DNA of 64,000 nucleotides from Mytilus trossulus (taxonomy: Eukaryota): NCBI RefSeq assembly GCF_036588685.1, contig NC_086380.1, positions 44,826,001 through 44,890,000 on the forward strand, read 5' to 3'. Below the pieces are notes generated by a model, which saw nothing but the letters and a program-made list of their open reading frames with translations, searched no databases and was not told where the DNA came from. Of this stretch, positions 37,363 through 50,484 are shown piece by piece. Both the position numbers and the translations under genes were made by a program. Each line of letters opens with the position of its first letter. The first letter of the stretch is position 1.

Positions 37363-38977
37363 CAAGAGAAATGAAAGAATAATCGGTTTCAGACATATGA
37401 CATATTCAAATCTACGAGATTAATATTTTTATTTGTTTTTCAATCTGAAAGTGGTACAACGGTATATTTGATTATTAAAAGTCAAATTTCGCTGGGAATC
37501 CTCACGGACAAGCCTTATAATGCTAAAGGAAAATTTTCAATTCTAAAAGTGTATTTATAACTTGGATGAAAGGTTTTCAAATTGACTCTCATATCACATC
37601 TTATATCTATGTGTAGGGTTCTATAGATAGGCTTTGAAACACCAACTTAAACTACCGGTTAACCGGTTAATCGGTCGAACGATTATCCGAGTAACCGGTT
37701 AGGCAAAAGTGTACAATTTGACAACCCTAATTAAAAGGCAAAAATTCGATGTTTGAAGTCAAATATTTTGTTGAATTTGATGCCGTAACTTTCTATTGCT
37801 TCAAATACGCTAATAAGAGATCAACAACTATAATAAAAGCGACATATCAGGTTTTTCGAGTTCTTTCATACATTGTGGTTGATTAATGGAAAGTGGTAAT
37901 TACGGGAAGTTATATACAGAAGGAACAATTGAAAAGCGTTGAATCGTTAAAACAATACCACGAGCCTTGAAGGCGAATGATTTTTTTGTTACGATCTTAC
38001 TCTTATCCATCGTGTCTTTTATAAAAACTAGTTGAAAACTCTTTGAAAATAACAGTTCTTGCATTGTTAGAGCTAAGTATGAATGAGTTCAAGTAACAAC
38101 CTCATCATATTGAATTATGCACAAGAAACTGAACCATTGAGTAGAAGTAAACAGGTTGTAGATTTAAATCATTAAAAAGAATTTAAACAAGATTCTTTTC
38201 AATTTCAGTGGAGTGTTCTCGTTATAATGTCATATTAAAAAAATCATATTTGAACTAATTTTAAGTTGACAAACCATGTGTCATATCGAATTTCAAAAAA
38301 GATACAAAACTCAAGATAAATCACAATTTACATTTGTATAGTAATGCATCAATACAGAAACATATCGCTCTAAATGGGGAGAAACTGGACAAATTTACAA
38401 TATATAACTCTAAAAACACGTCAAATAGGCAGAAAAAAATGGATACAAAATAGAATTGGAAAAAATCGTTTTCATTTCGAAGATATCAACAATCTTCAAG
38501 CTACCGGTATTTAAACATGTTAAAAACCTCGAAAATGAAGACACAATGGGATAAAGGATAATAAGACGTTATCTCTACAACTCTACTTAATTACAATCAG
38601 GCTACCTTTGATAACTATTTACACCACTGCGCCAGATCATGGTAATCATAACACCGATTCAATTGAAAGTTTCTATATGAATGCCGAAAGACATTTTCTG
38701 AACTGGATAACCGATTTTGCATTTGGCAAAAACAGTGTGTGTTTTTCCTAAATATGAAAAAAGCAATGTCCAGTACGGTTTCAGTTGTTTTATGTCTTTT
38801 CTTTAGCTGTAATATTGGTAGAACTGTTTTAGAACTGCGTGTTGCAATATTTCTTATTTGCTTCTTTAGCTTTATTCAAATTTTAGCGTATCAAATTGAC
38901 AACTTCATGTGACATAATTTCCTTCGATTTTCCGTAATTCTTTATAATTATCAAAAGTACCAGGATTATGATTTAGT

Positions 38978-39021
38978 ACGCCAGACGCGCGTTTCGTCTA
39001 CGTAAGACTCATCAGTGACTC
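38978..39021 (-). ncRNA. Solo type I hammerhead (retrozyme fragment ~38945-39040)
   Basis: Minus strand reads GAGTCA CTGATGA GTCT TACGT AGAC GAAA CGCGCG TC TGGCGT; one stem I mismatch. Confidence 0.7.
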
Positions 39022-39944
39022 TCATATCAAAATAGTTATATTATTTGTTTGATATTTGTTTTTCCTACTCTTGTCCTTTATGCATATTTTGATTAAGACG
39101 ATAATGCACATTGTATATGAAAATCAATTTTAGTTCATTGAAAATATGCCCCGATTGTCAGAGTCTTCTATTTCTAGGTTACAAAAACAAAGTGATAAAA
39201 CACAATGATATTTAATACCAATGACAAGCATGAATTCCATTAAACACCATTCTGGAAAATGTGTACTGATTTTTAAAATTCATATGATACAACAGACGTA
39301 TTGCAATCTTTTATAATAAATGTGTCAAAATTATATTATATTTCATTTCGATTTCAATTTGTAGAACATAATGCAGTGTTATAAATCTCAGCGTTCTTAA
39401 AAAAAAAATATACAGCTAAAACATTAACGAGCCGAAAGCTCTTTTTTCATTGAGGCTTCATATCAGTTATCTCCTAATTGCTATAAATAATTATCAGCCC
39501 TGGGATAAAACTTTTAAGGTTAACCATCCGACAACCTTAAGAGAAAATTTGTTTAGGAAGTGTATTTTTGTTATCAAGTAACTCAACCATGAATGAAGCT
39601 AATGAAAATATAATATAACTTGCTTATTTGACCTTTGAAAGTTGAAAACGCACGCGTGTTAGTGCAAACCAGATCGGTATGTATTCAAATAGTTAATCAA
39701 ACTATTCCAGGTATCTCTAGAAATAAAAAGTTATAACAATTGTTTTAAAAGATATCTCAAATAATTAAATATAAAAAAGAAGATATGGTATGATTGCCAA
39801 TGAGACAACTACCACAAAAGACCAAAATGACACAAACATTAACAATTATAGGTAATCGTACGGCTTTCAACAATTAGCAAATCCCATATCGCATATAGTC
39901 AGCTATAAAAGGCCCCGATAAGACAATGTAAAACAATTTACTAT

Positions 39945-41530
39945 GCAAAGTCAATGCTTGACCACGGATAGTGCTTGGAAGGGTGTTTGAAGAGATGTCC
40001 TTATACTATTTATTGAAATTTAAGAATATATATCAATACATTGTATATATTAACTATTCTCTTTCCTCTCACGAGTTCCGGCTTTACAGACTTTCTGGTA
40101 ACACTGCATCAACCTTCTTAAGCCATCTGAGGACTTTGCCTAGTATGAATTGGATACCTTAACTTCAGAAAATTTATCCGTACAAAAAACTGTTATTTCC
40201 GGCTCATCTGCATCTTCTAAAAAGAAATTGTGTATTAGATTGACTACATTTCTGGCTGTAGTGAAAGACAGCCTTCAGAAATTTTGTGCAACTGACTCGC
40301 GCAGTGTTAACCATATGTGGATTATACAAAAACTTTAAAGGACTTTTTGATAATCTAACATCGCAAATCTTTTTCTGAAATGAATTCTATAAAAAAAAAT
40401 GTTAAAAAGAAATGCTGACATGAATATCAATTATATAGTAATTTTTATAAATTTCCTATATACAAAACTTAGAATTTTTCAAAAAAGTAACGATTTTCTT
40501 ATTCAAGGTTTTCCCGTTTTAATGGTTTTACACTAGTAATTTTGGGGCCCTTTATAGGTTGTTGTTCGGTGTGAGCCAAGGCTCTGTGTTGAAGGACGTA
40601 CTTTAACCTATAATGGTTTACTTTTTAAATTGTTATTGGATGGAGAGTTGTCTTAATGGCACCCACACCACATCTTCCTATATCTATAGATTACCTTAGT
40701 CGAATTTGGCATAATTTTTTGGAACGTTTGGTTATCAATGCTCTTCAACTTAGTACTTGTTTGGCTTACTAACTTTTTATCTGAGCGTCATTGATGAGTC
40801 TTATGTAGACTAGCGTATTCAATTATAATACTGGTACCTTTTATAACTACATGTAACTATAATAACTTCCAATGTAAAAAAAAAAAGCAGCATACGATAT
40901 AACGGTATTACTTTGGAATGCCATAATTTGTATGCTGTTAATAGTGATAAAAAAGATAAAAGCTCATTGACAACATATTTAAAAAAAATCCTTGTAGGAT
41001 TTTCAGCAAGTTGTCAGCATTCATATGGGAACGAACTGTGCACCTCACCTTGTCGACCTCTTCTTTATTTTAACGAGTGGTAGTTAGTTCAGAAAATTGG
41101 AAAAAATTGGAAAATCGCAGATTTTGTGATTTTATATTTAAATACTTTTTGTGCGTCGTGCATGTCCGAGTGGTCTCTTCTTTTTTTTTTTTATATAAAA
41201 CTCAAATAATATTGTGATGCCAATCAGACAGGAGATAATCATTCAATTTCACATTCAAACATATTGATGATGCTCTTTCCATTCTGATTTGGTTTTAGAC
41301 TTACATCTCGATTTACCCCCGAAGCGGTCATCTCAATACCAGAATCTATGACAAACGAGACGATTTCTATTTTGAAATAAAACATATTCTCTACTTTAGA
41401 AGTAATATTCCAACTTTTTATATGTGACATATATCTCCAAACTCATTCAGTATTCAAGAGTTTGGTGAAGCATCGGAAAATAACAAGACCTTGACGATGA
41501 ATGATTCCTAAAAACTTTCACATATAATAC
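39945..41530 (+). mobile_element. Decayed Penelope-like retroelement RT, interrupted by a retrozyme copy
   Basis: Frameshifted motifs LPSMxWIP, ISGSS..LQKFC..VNHMWII, MGTNCAPHLVDLF (~41025) and HIDDAL (~41260); retrozyme at ~40415-40850. Confidence 0.75.
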
Positions 41531-41756
41531 AAGATGATCGTGAAATATATATTCTAGGTACTGGCATTGTTTATCACCTTAATAACGTGTTCAAGATTCT
41601 ATATTTTTTTCCTTTAATATTTATCTATTTTTGATTATATATTTATGACACAGACACGCAATTGTGTATCCCGCCGTTGTGCTATTGTGCTATTGTCAAT
41701 TTCGAGTCTTTTTTGTTTTTCATTTTTGATTATATACTAAATAAATACTGTGTCTA

Positions 41757-42747
41757 TGTTCCGGACCATACGAGTATTTGGACCATACGCGTATGGTCAT
41801 GACCATATGGGTATATACTCATATAGTCCGACCATACGCGTATGGTCGGGATAGTTAACACTCTGTTACAGTTTACGTTTAATACTTCTAAACTCTTCTT
41901 ATGGTATAACAGTTAATTAAAAAGACGCTATCATGTAGGTAATTTTATTATTATATTATAATAAAAAGATAAGCTAAATAAAGATAAGAAGTTTCACATA
42001 GTTAATCTTACTTAATTGTCAAATTTATAGTAAAGACATTTTTTACCAATATGGTCATTACCGATGGTCATTACCGATTTTTTTATTACGAGTGAATGGC
42101 AATATGTAGACTAAAAAAAAAAAAAAAAAAATTCTTTATGAACTGTTACACGAGAAGTCACTGAAAAGTAACACAGTTTATTTAAGTTGTCTTGTGAATA
42201 TGGTGTATTGCAGTCATTTTACGATATTTGAGATCTAGAGCTTCTTAAAAAAAAACGTAGACCTCGGTATCACTGTTCGCGGCTGCAAAAAGGGTAGCTT
42301 TTCACTCGCAAGCAAAAGGTGTAAATGAAAAGGATCGTGCACAAAATTCTTGCAAATGCAAAAAAGTTATGATGCCGTGTGGAAGAGAATGTCACCTAAG
42401 CCTACGTGCAAGAATGTAACCAGCGATGAAAACTAACTATGGCATCAATATTTAATTTAAACGTAGTTTTCGTATTATAAAATTGATATATTGTCATGTA
42501 ATCATCACTGTTGTTTTTAGTTAACGTTTTTGTATTATTGAAACGTTTATAATGTAATTTGAAAAAAATACCTATATGGTCTAAATACTCATATGGTCCG
42601 GCCCGTTAATAACCAAACGAGTATTATACTCATATGGTCCGACCATACGCGTACGGTCGAACCATACGCGTATGGTCGGACCTGCGAGTATACGCATATG
42701 GTCATGACCATACGCGTATGGTCCAAATACTCATATGGTCCGGAACA
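41757..42747. mobile_element. Non-autonomous Ginger-like DNA transposon
   Basis: TCTA|TGTTCCGGACCATA ... TATGGTCCGGAACA|TCTA (TGT..ACA termini, 4-bp TSD); TIRs built from palindromic GACCATACGCGTATGGTC; decayed Cys-rich CKCKK..CGRECH..CKN remnant at ~42310-42420. Confidence 0.8.
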
Positions 42748-44097
42748 TCTATAAATGCCATTTTGTGTTTCTTTGTTGAAACAGTTATTTTTTTATTGTG
42801 ATTACATTACAATGTGTAATGCTGTACCCCACGTTTTTACGCTTTACCTATTGTATTTGTTTGAATTTCTTCGACTTCCATACAAGCGACAGGCTAATAT
42901 ATCTATACAACCAGGTTTAATATACTATTTTCCTATAAGGAAATGCCTGTACCTAATCAAGAATATGACAGATATTTTCTACGTCAGATGAGTTTGAGCT
43001 TTTGTTTTTACCATTTCATAAAGGACTATCAGTTTTGAATTTATCTTGGGTTTCGGTATTTTTGTTATTTTTACTTTTTGCCCCACATTTTGTATTAAAA
43101 TAGATATGTTTTATAGAAATTGCTAAGAAATTTAATCTGTTCGAAATGATGAACGTTTTTGTACATGAAATTCGCCTCGTTCTTTCTGATGTTCTTAAAA
43201 GCAGTTAAACATATAATCATATCCCATTGTTTGTTTGCCTTTCATAAAGATTATAAAAGATATTCTCTATAACAACACATTAACTATTATTGCTTATACA
43301 GATAATAAAGATATAAAGTATGACGAAAAATAAGAAAAACACAAACATTTAAGAACATAAAAACAAATATAATTAAACTATATAAATAATCTATTTTGTT
43401 GTTGTTGTCTATTTTATATCAGCAGATGATTACCCCGTCGACGCATTGTGTCTATACAATGTGATTCTTTTATATATACACTTTGTTTGTCATGCACGTC
43501 CCGGTAATCTCTTTTATATGTATATATAGATAATGTCGTCATGTCAATGAGACATCTATTCATAATAAATCGAACACCAAGATGTGAACAAGTGTACAGG
43601 CCTTCACCAATATGCAAATCACTTGTGACAAATAAAGGCAACAGTAGTAAAACGGTATTCATAAGTCATAAATCGATTGTGAAAAATAAAGCCGGGTTTG
43701 CAAACCAAAACCGTGGAAAGAACATCATTTATAAGAGGAAATCAAAGCAATATAAGGAACAACAGAAACACCGAAGTGCAACAAAAACAGACTAAAGAAG
43801 ACCATGTGCAGAGATAGCTATTCACATTAACCTCTGTTTTGGAAGGGATCAAGTATAATATTACAATATGCAAGTTCAATTTAATGATCAAACATTTGCT
43901 ATTCTGATTCAAAGGCAGTTTATGAATTAGGTATTGTTAAACTTATGAATATATATAGAAAGCCTTTTCTTGAATAAAAATAATTCAAAAATTGAAACGA
44001 AAACATTTCGATCATTACATACTGCTTTAAAAGATAGTATGAGACAAGGAACAATAGTTCACAGTTAATCGTATTTCATTTAATTATGTTACGATAT

Positions 44098-47071
44098 CAC
44101 TGGGGTAAAGCTGATGACCGTAACTGCATTCACGGTCATCCCAAGATGTCGGACGAAAAATTAGGTCAGTTTCTATATTGTCTGTTTAAGTGTTTCTAAA
44201 TCATTTTCTTTACAATTCATACATTGAAACGATGAAAATTTATGAAAGAATCACTCGGAAATCACTGATTACTTCCGAGAAATATGCATGAAACGGGAAA
44301 TTCGATTTGAAAAAATCGCTCAGATGACCGTAAATCACAATCGAGATGACCGTAACAGAATCAGCGATTCATAACAAGGGTGACCGTAATTGCTTTTAAG
44401 ATGACCGTAATTTGCAAAAGATGACCGTAACTTTTAAAGGATGACCCTCAATTCTAAGAAATATCCGTATTTATATAACTACCTTTTTGTAGCAAATGAT
44501 TAGTCGTGTTGGTATAAACATATTAATTTGAGAGTAATATCCAATAGGTAGAAGAAAATAAGTCGTGCTTCAAATGCAAAGATTACCATATGTATCTTTT
44601 TTACAGTAGAGGGTTCAATTTTTAAAATGACTTTGCAAAATGACATGCAATTGCTACAAAAGCGCGATAAAATGACACCTCACAAGTATAATGAAAAAAA
44701 TGCAGTGCACAGCCTCTAACTGCTCGACCAAAAATTGTTTTTATTTCTGGGATTCCTTTTAATGACATATAATAAATACACATTTTTAAAAATTTCAATG
44801 CATGTAAACCCATTGATCTTATATCGTCTTCCATTTTGTCGTACAAATAAAATACCAGAAATATTTTGAAAATATTATACGACTAAACTAGCGAAGGTGA
44901 GCTCCAGCAAAGAAGATCTTTAAAAAAGTCTTGTACGAATAGCGTATCACAAGGCGGGACATTGTCAATTTGTATATATACAGAAATGTTATTCATACAG
45001 TCAGGATTCTACTTCTTCAAAATTGTCTCAGTTCATGCTCACAATCGTAGAAATGGAAGCCATTGTAGGGATGGCGCTCTGCCAATTTTGCTCTTGAAAA
45101 CTGATAAATTTATCCACATAGTACCATTACGATCGATCGTTATATATCAGTAATATCTTAAAAGACAAATGTATCTACTAGCTAATGAGCATCAGTTAAT
45201 GATCTTGTCTGCATTGGTTTAACTTAAAAATACTGTCTGTTCGGATGTCAGGTGGAATTTTGGAAAATTCTTAAGCATTTAAAAAAATTAAAATTAAATA
45301 TGTCGTGCCGTGGAAGGGCCGACTTAACATTTTCAGTGGTTGAAGATTATAAACCCTAGTTATCACACACAAGAAAGTCATATTTTTTCGAAGATATCCA
45401 TTTTAATCATCCAAATTAAAAGACTGACGTCAAGTACTTTTAGAAAAAAAATAGCTATTCGAACACACCTACTCTGTTTTTGTGATTCATTAGATAGGTA
45501 TTTCACTTGACCCATATATTTCATCTTTTCGTTCTGTGATTTTTTGACGTTATAAAATCAACCTGTAGCTTTGATATATAAAAATGATAGAATCTGAAGT
45601 GAGATGCTATATCAAATACTCTTGCTTTGTAAGACAAAATATACACCAAACATGCCCTAACATAAAAAGGTGCAATTGACTTTTTCTTTCCGATACAATC
45701 GTTACCTATTTTGGGGATTTTTTTCATGATTCAGTCACATAATGGAAGGGCAGACACGAAAATTTTTGAACTAAAATATTGATATGTTCTCCGTCCGTGG
45801 TAAATTTTTTTAAATAAATCAGATTATGCATTTTCTACTTCCAACTTATAAATACCCATGTCGTCGACTTGATATCTTATTGTTTTGCATTACTATGTAA
45901 TAGATACATTAAAAACTTATGCAAATGGTGTTTTTAAAATAAAACACTTCGTAATTGAGAAGAAAATTGTCTTTTTATTTGTTTCTATTAACTTTTTAAA
46001 ATTTTGTTACTATATCAAACATTACAGTAAACATTTATCGCTTTCTCGATAAACAAAGAGCTTCGATTCTTTTGTTCTATTTCAAAAGCCTGCATATCAA
46101 GACAAATTAAGATTTTAATCTGCTGCCTCTGAAACCATACACATGGGCTCGATTACCAAATATTCGTATGTATTATTAATGTTTTTAATGCTCCTTGTTT
46201 TGGCATTATGTTTTTCTGGTCAGTGCGTACGTTCGTCCATTCGTCCGTGTGTTTGTCCGTTTGTCCAGCTTAGAGTTAAATAAAATTGAAACTTCGTACA
46301 CAATTTACCTATGGTATATTATTTTTAATTCTAATGCCAAATTACAGTTTTATCCCATTTTCACAGTCCACTAAACATAGAAAATGATAGTGTAGATGAG
46401 GCATCCGTGTACTAGGGACACATTCATATTTCTTCAAATTTTCGTTGTATCGCTGTCAATTTGTGTTAAAATGTTAACGTCATTTTCAATAAATATTTCA
46501 TTGTTTACGAGAAATATGCAAATTAACTATCATTGTCATAAATCCAAAATACGACCAATTATATTATAGTTTAAAAAAAGAAATTTATGAAACATATTTA
46601 TATCCGCTAACCGAGCCCCAATTGAGATCGACAAACTCAACAAAAAAGCTTTGAATACAATACGGATATTTCTGAGAATTGATGGTCATCCTATAAAAGT
46701 TGAGGTCGTCCTACATAAATTACAGTCAGTCTTTACAAATTACGGTCATCCTTTACAAGTTACGGTCATCTTTTTACCAATCACGGTCATCCTTGTTTTA
46801 TGTTACGGTCATCTTGAAAATATTTTGATTATGATTTACGGTCGTCTTAACGATTTTTTCAAATCGAATTTCCCGTTTCATGCACATTTCTCGAAAGTAA
46901 TTAGTGATTTCCGAGTGATTCTTTTATAATTTTACATCGTTTCAATGTATGATTTGTAAAGAAAATGATATAGAAACACTTTAACAGACAATACAGAAAC
47001 TGACCTAATTTTTCGTCCGACATCTTGGGATGACCGTGAATGCAGTTACGGTCATCAGCTTTACCCCAGTG
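44098..47071. mobile_element. Non-autonomous Transib-like DNA transposon with ~370-bp TIRs
   Basis: GATAT|CACTGGGGTAAAGCTGATGACCG ... CGGTCATCAGCTTTACCCCAGTG|GATAT: CAC termini and 5-bp TSD; repeated GATGACCGTAA motifs; no transposase ORF. Confidence 0.85.
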
Positions 47072-48129
47072 GATATATCCTTGGGCACTATAAATGTCGT
47101 TTTTAAAAACAATGATTCGTTTAAAGACTTTTGATATTTAAAAGAACAGAAAATGTTAACATGATGCGATAATGTAAAAGTAAATATGATTGTATGTTTA
47201 TTTCTTAGAAACGTTTGTTCGCAGATAAATGTAGATGAATATACCAATGGGAAATCAATTTCTTCCATGTTAAATGCGCGAAAATTAAGCCGGCTGCAAA
47301 ATTAATTAACATGTAGAAATATTTGCTAGAAAGAAGTCATTCAAATCGTTATGTATCGCTGATTTATTTGCTCAATTGACCATGCTAATAGTTGAAAGGT
47401 CTACGAATTTCTTAACCTGGAAATTCTTTTATGCTTTTGATGTAAAATCTATGCCATGTATTCTACTAAACATCAAACAATTTAGATTACGATTTTGTTA
47501 GACAAGGAATTCATGAATATCTTCATCTCATTTCTATATCTAAAGTATGTTGGAATTAATTAATTATTTTCTTCTGTTCAACTTGTAATCAACGCTCAAG
47601 GTTTTGTCCGCCGAGGTAGGGAGTTTACAATCACAATATGTTCTAAGCAAATCGTCTGATCTAGTTGACGAGTTAAAGACTTTGTTCTCGTTTATTCAGT
47701 ACTCTATAACTTTTTTCAATATTAAAACAAAATTTGCCTTTAAAGTTACTAAAATCACATACTGAACATTTTCAATTCATTTGATATTTCTTTTTTGGCA
47801 AATTTCAAAAATGTTCCCTTTTTAAAAATATAACTTCTAAAGGTTGGAAGTTACAAAGTTTTGTCAAGCAAAATTGTCTGCATCCATTTAACGAGCGTAT
47901 AAGTGGTCTATTGGCCTAACATTGTGATTTTCAAATGTTGTAAAATACGAAAAACGAGTATTGAATAATATTTTACTTTACTATTTACTTTGATTCGATG
48001 CTAGTGTTTCATAGATTTGTCATCTATAAATTGATAACGATTTCTTTCTTTGACGAACAAAGTTCGACCCTTTTATCAAAACCTCACATCCCCTCTCATA
48101 AAATAATGTAATAAATTCCTTACTTCAAA

Positions 48130-48842
48130 AAGGGAGGTCACAAGATACAAGAGGGTCATACAAACGACATTCATTAGTTAAAAATAAACTGTCAACGCCA
48201 TGGCTAAAATGGATATAGACAAACTGACAAACCATATGAACAATAGTACACAAAACTAAACATAGAAACCTAAAGACTTAGCAACACGAATCCCACTAAA
48301 AACTGGGGCTGTTTTGATGTTCCATAGAAGGGAAAGCAGACTCTGGTTCACATGTGGCACCGTTCGTGCTGATTATTTTGTACAAACCCGGTATTTAATA
48401 TAATTCGGTAGGTAGGTCGCATTCGGGAAAAGAGGACGGGATTCGACATTTGGAATACATCCATTATCATTTGAGTAACGGATATTCTGTAGCGGTCAGC
48501 CAATTCATTATGGCGTCCAAAAAACTTACGAAGAGATGATTTCAAGTTCACCACTTGGAACTGTTAGTTTCATAGCTTCCTTGTGACCAGCAACCTTCTA
48601 TCAAAGAGATAATGATAAAGAAATACGAACCCTGGAAAATTGTATCAACTGGGAGATATTTACTCCGTATTCAGGGTCTGTTGGAATGTTGCTACATCGA
48701 AAGGGAAGGTTCACAATTGGGACACAGAAATCATCTGTTTTGTTTGTAGCTAACATTCGTTGTCAAATTCTAGATATTAATCAAGATATTAGTCAGACTG
48801 TTTATCTGTTGTATCTTTACTCTCAAGTTTGATGGGATAAAT
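48130..48842 (-). mobile_element. Decayed Penelope-like element (RT C-terminus and 3' end)
   Basis: Encodes LKSSLRKFFGRH; homologous to 61878-62680. Confidence 0.8.
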
Positions 48843-50214
48843 GAGATTTTTTTTTTCTTTAAAGACAACGTAAATATATGATGGAAGATACAACGTTCTA
48901 GGTTATTGTAAATTTTAATTATGATTTTGATAAAACAGAATGCATATGTTTATATCAGCTTGAATCGCGTGATCTTTGAAAATTTCGCAAAATTCGTTCA
49001 AATAGATAATCTTGATATGCATACAACAGTATTTGTTTTTGTGAATTTCAAGATTTATATCAATTCAATTTTTCAATTCAAAGTTTTAATGCCATAAATA
49101 TTTTACAGTTTGTGACATAAAACAAGAACAAAAACAAATAAAGACAATAACTAAGTAACTCAATATATATAACCAAATTTAGATAAATGTTAAAGGGTCC
49201 CCTGTCCTCAGTAATGTAGTCAATAGATTTAGCTCAAGTCCTTTTTAAGAATCAAATATGCATAATTACATTTACTCATGTTTTCATGTTAACAATCGTG
49301 TATACACTTTTCGAAAAACAATGAAAATTTCATTGTTGGATAATGATCTTTTTCGATTAAAAATTAATTTAATAGATTAAATATAATCCAAATGCATGCA
49401 TTAAAAAAGAAACCTCTCTCATAATGGATACTAGGATAATGACTTTATCACACGATTCGTATTTCATTTACAAAAGACGAAATAAACAAAAATGAACTAA
49501 ACACTGGCTCCTCTGGGATTTCAGCGGTTCCCTTATGTTTTATAATTTTGTCTTGAATTTATTTTAATCTTAAAGAATTTATAAGCTTTGAACATCGGAT
49601 ACCTACTATTGCCTCTAATTTAATAAAACATAATATTTGTGTAGGTGGATAATGTTTTGTACAAATAAAGAAGTTATAAATGTGTAGCCTTTTCATTGCC
49701 ATTTTATCTTATAAGCCTGGTACTCTTAATTACTATTATCTAATTTGTGGTTTACTAATTGGATAGAGAGGTCGGACGTAGTTCAGCTCATTAGTGCGAT
49801 GACCTCTATAATATCTAGAAAATGTTGAAATGGCTAAATTTTGTCTTCATCAATCATTTGTATGCTGCACACGTTCAAGCATACAAAAGCTAGACATGTG
49901 TTTAACCTCCGGGTGCGGCATTTTCTCGCGGCATTGAAGACCCATTAGAGGTTGTTATCTGCTCTTTTGTATGATTGTCTCCTGGACGTATTACCAATTT
50001 TCCATTCTAAATTTCATATATATAAAATAACTTTTTTCATTTAATTTAAAGGGAATTGAAAAAAGTGCATAACGAATATTTTCGAATGTAATTACTGTCT
50101 CACTAATTAGCATAATTATTTTTGTTACTGTTTGGATCATACACAACTATAATTTAAATGTTGAAAATATCTCAAATTGTACATACATTTATGTCAATTT
50201 CACATTTTCCTCCT

Positions 50215-50484
50215 TCAAATTAATAAAATGAAATATTTAAAGAATGATAGATACAAAACGACCATATAGGAACCATAATCATTGATTGCACCACTGTTGA
50301 TATCGCTATCATTTGACTGCATATCACAAGTTCCAAATGTATTCCAACTACAGCTGCCATTTTGATCACGACCACAATATCCTCTGTATATTAAACATGG
50401 CTTATATAAAGGCATACACTCCTTGGAACTATTAAATGAAATTGATGTCATGTTAGTCGAGTCCACAGTTAAAGGTTCACGTAT
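50215..50484 (-). CDS. TIMP-like exon 5 (C-domain and hydrophobic tail)
   Basis: Acceptor TTCTTGCAG|ATA; encodes IREPL...ECMPLYKPCLIYRGYCGRDQNGSCSWNTFGTC...MVVLYLSFFKYFILLI then stop. Confidence 0.82.
   Translation of the reverse strand: MREPLTVDSTNMTSISFNSSKECMPLYKPCLIYRGYCGRDQNGSCSWNTFGTCDMQSNDSDINSGAINDYGSYMVVLYLSFFKYFILLI

Noticed and set aside
37614-37729. Possible hAT MITE (TAGGGTT...AACCCTA with ACCGGTTA repeats)
   Set aside because: Only a 7-bp terminal match and no TSD.
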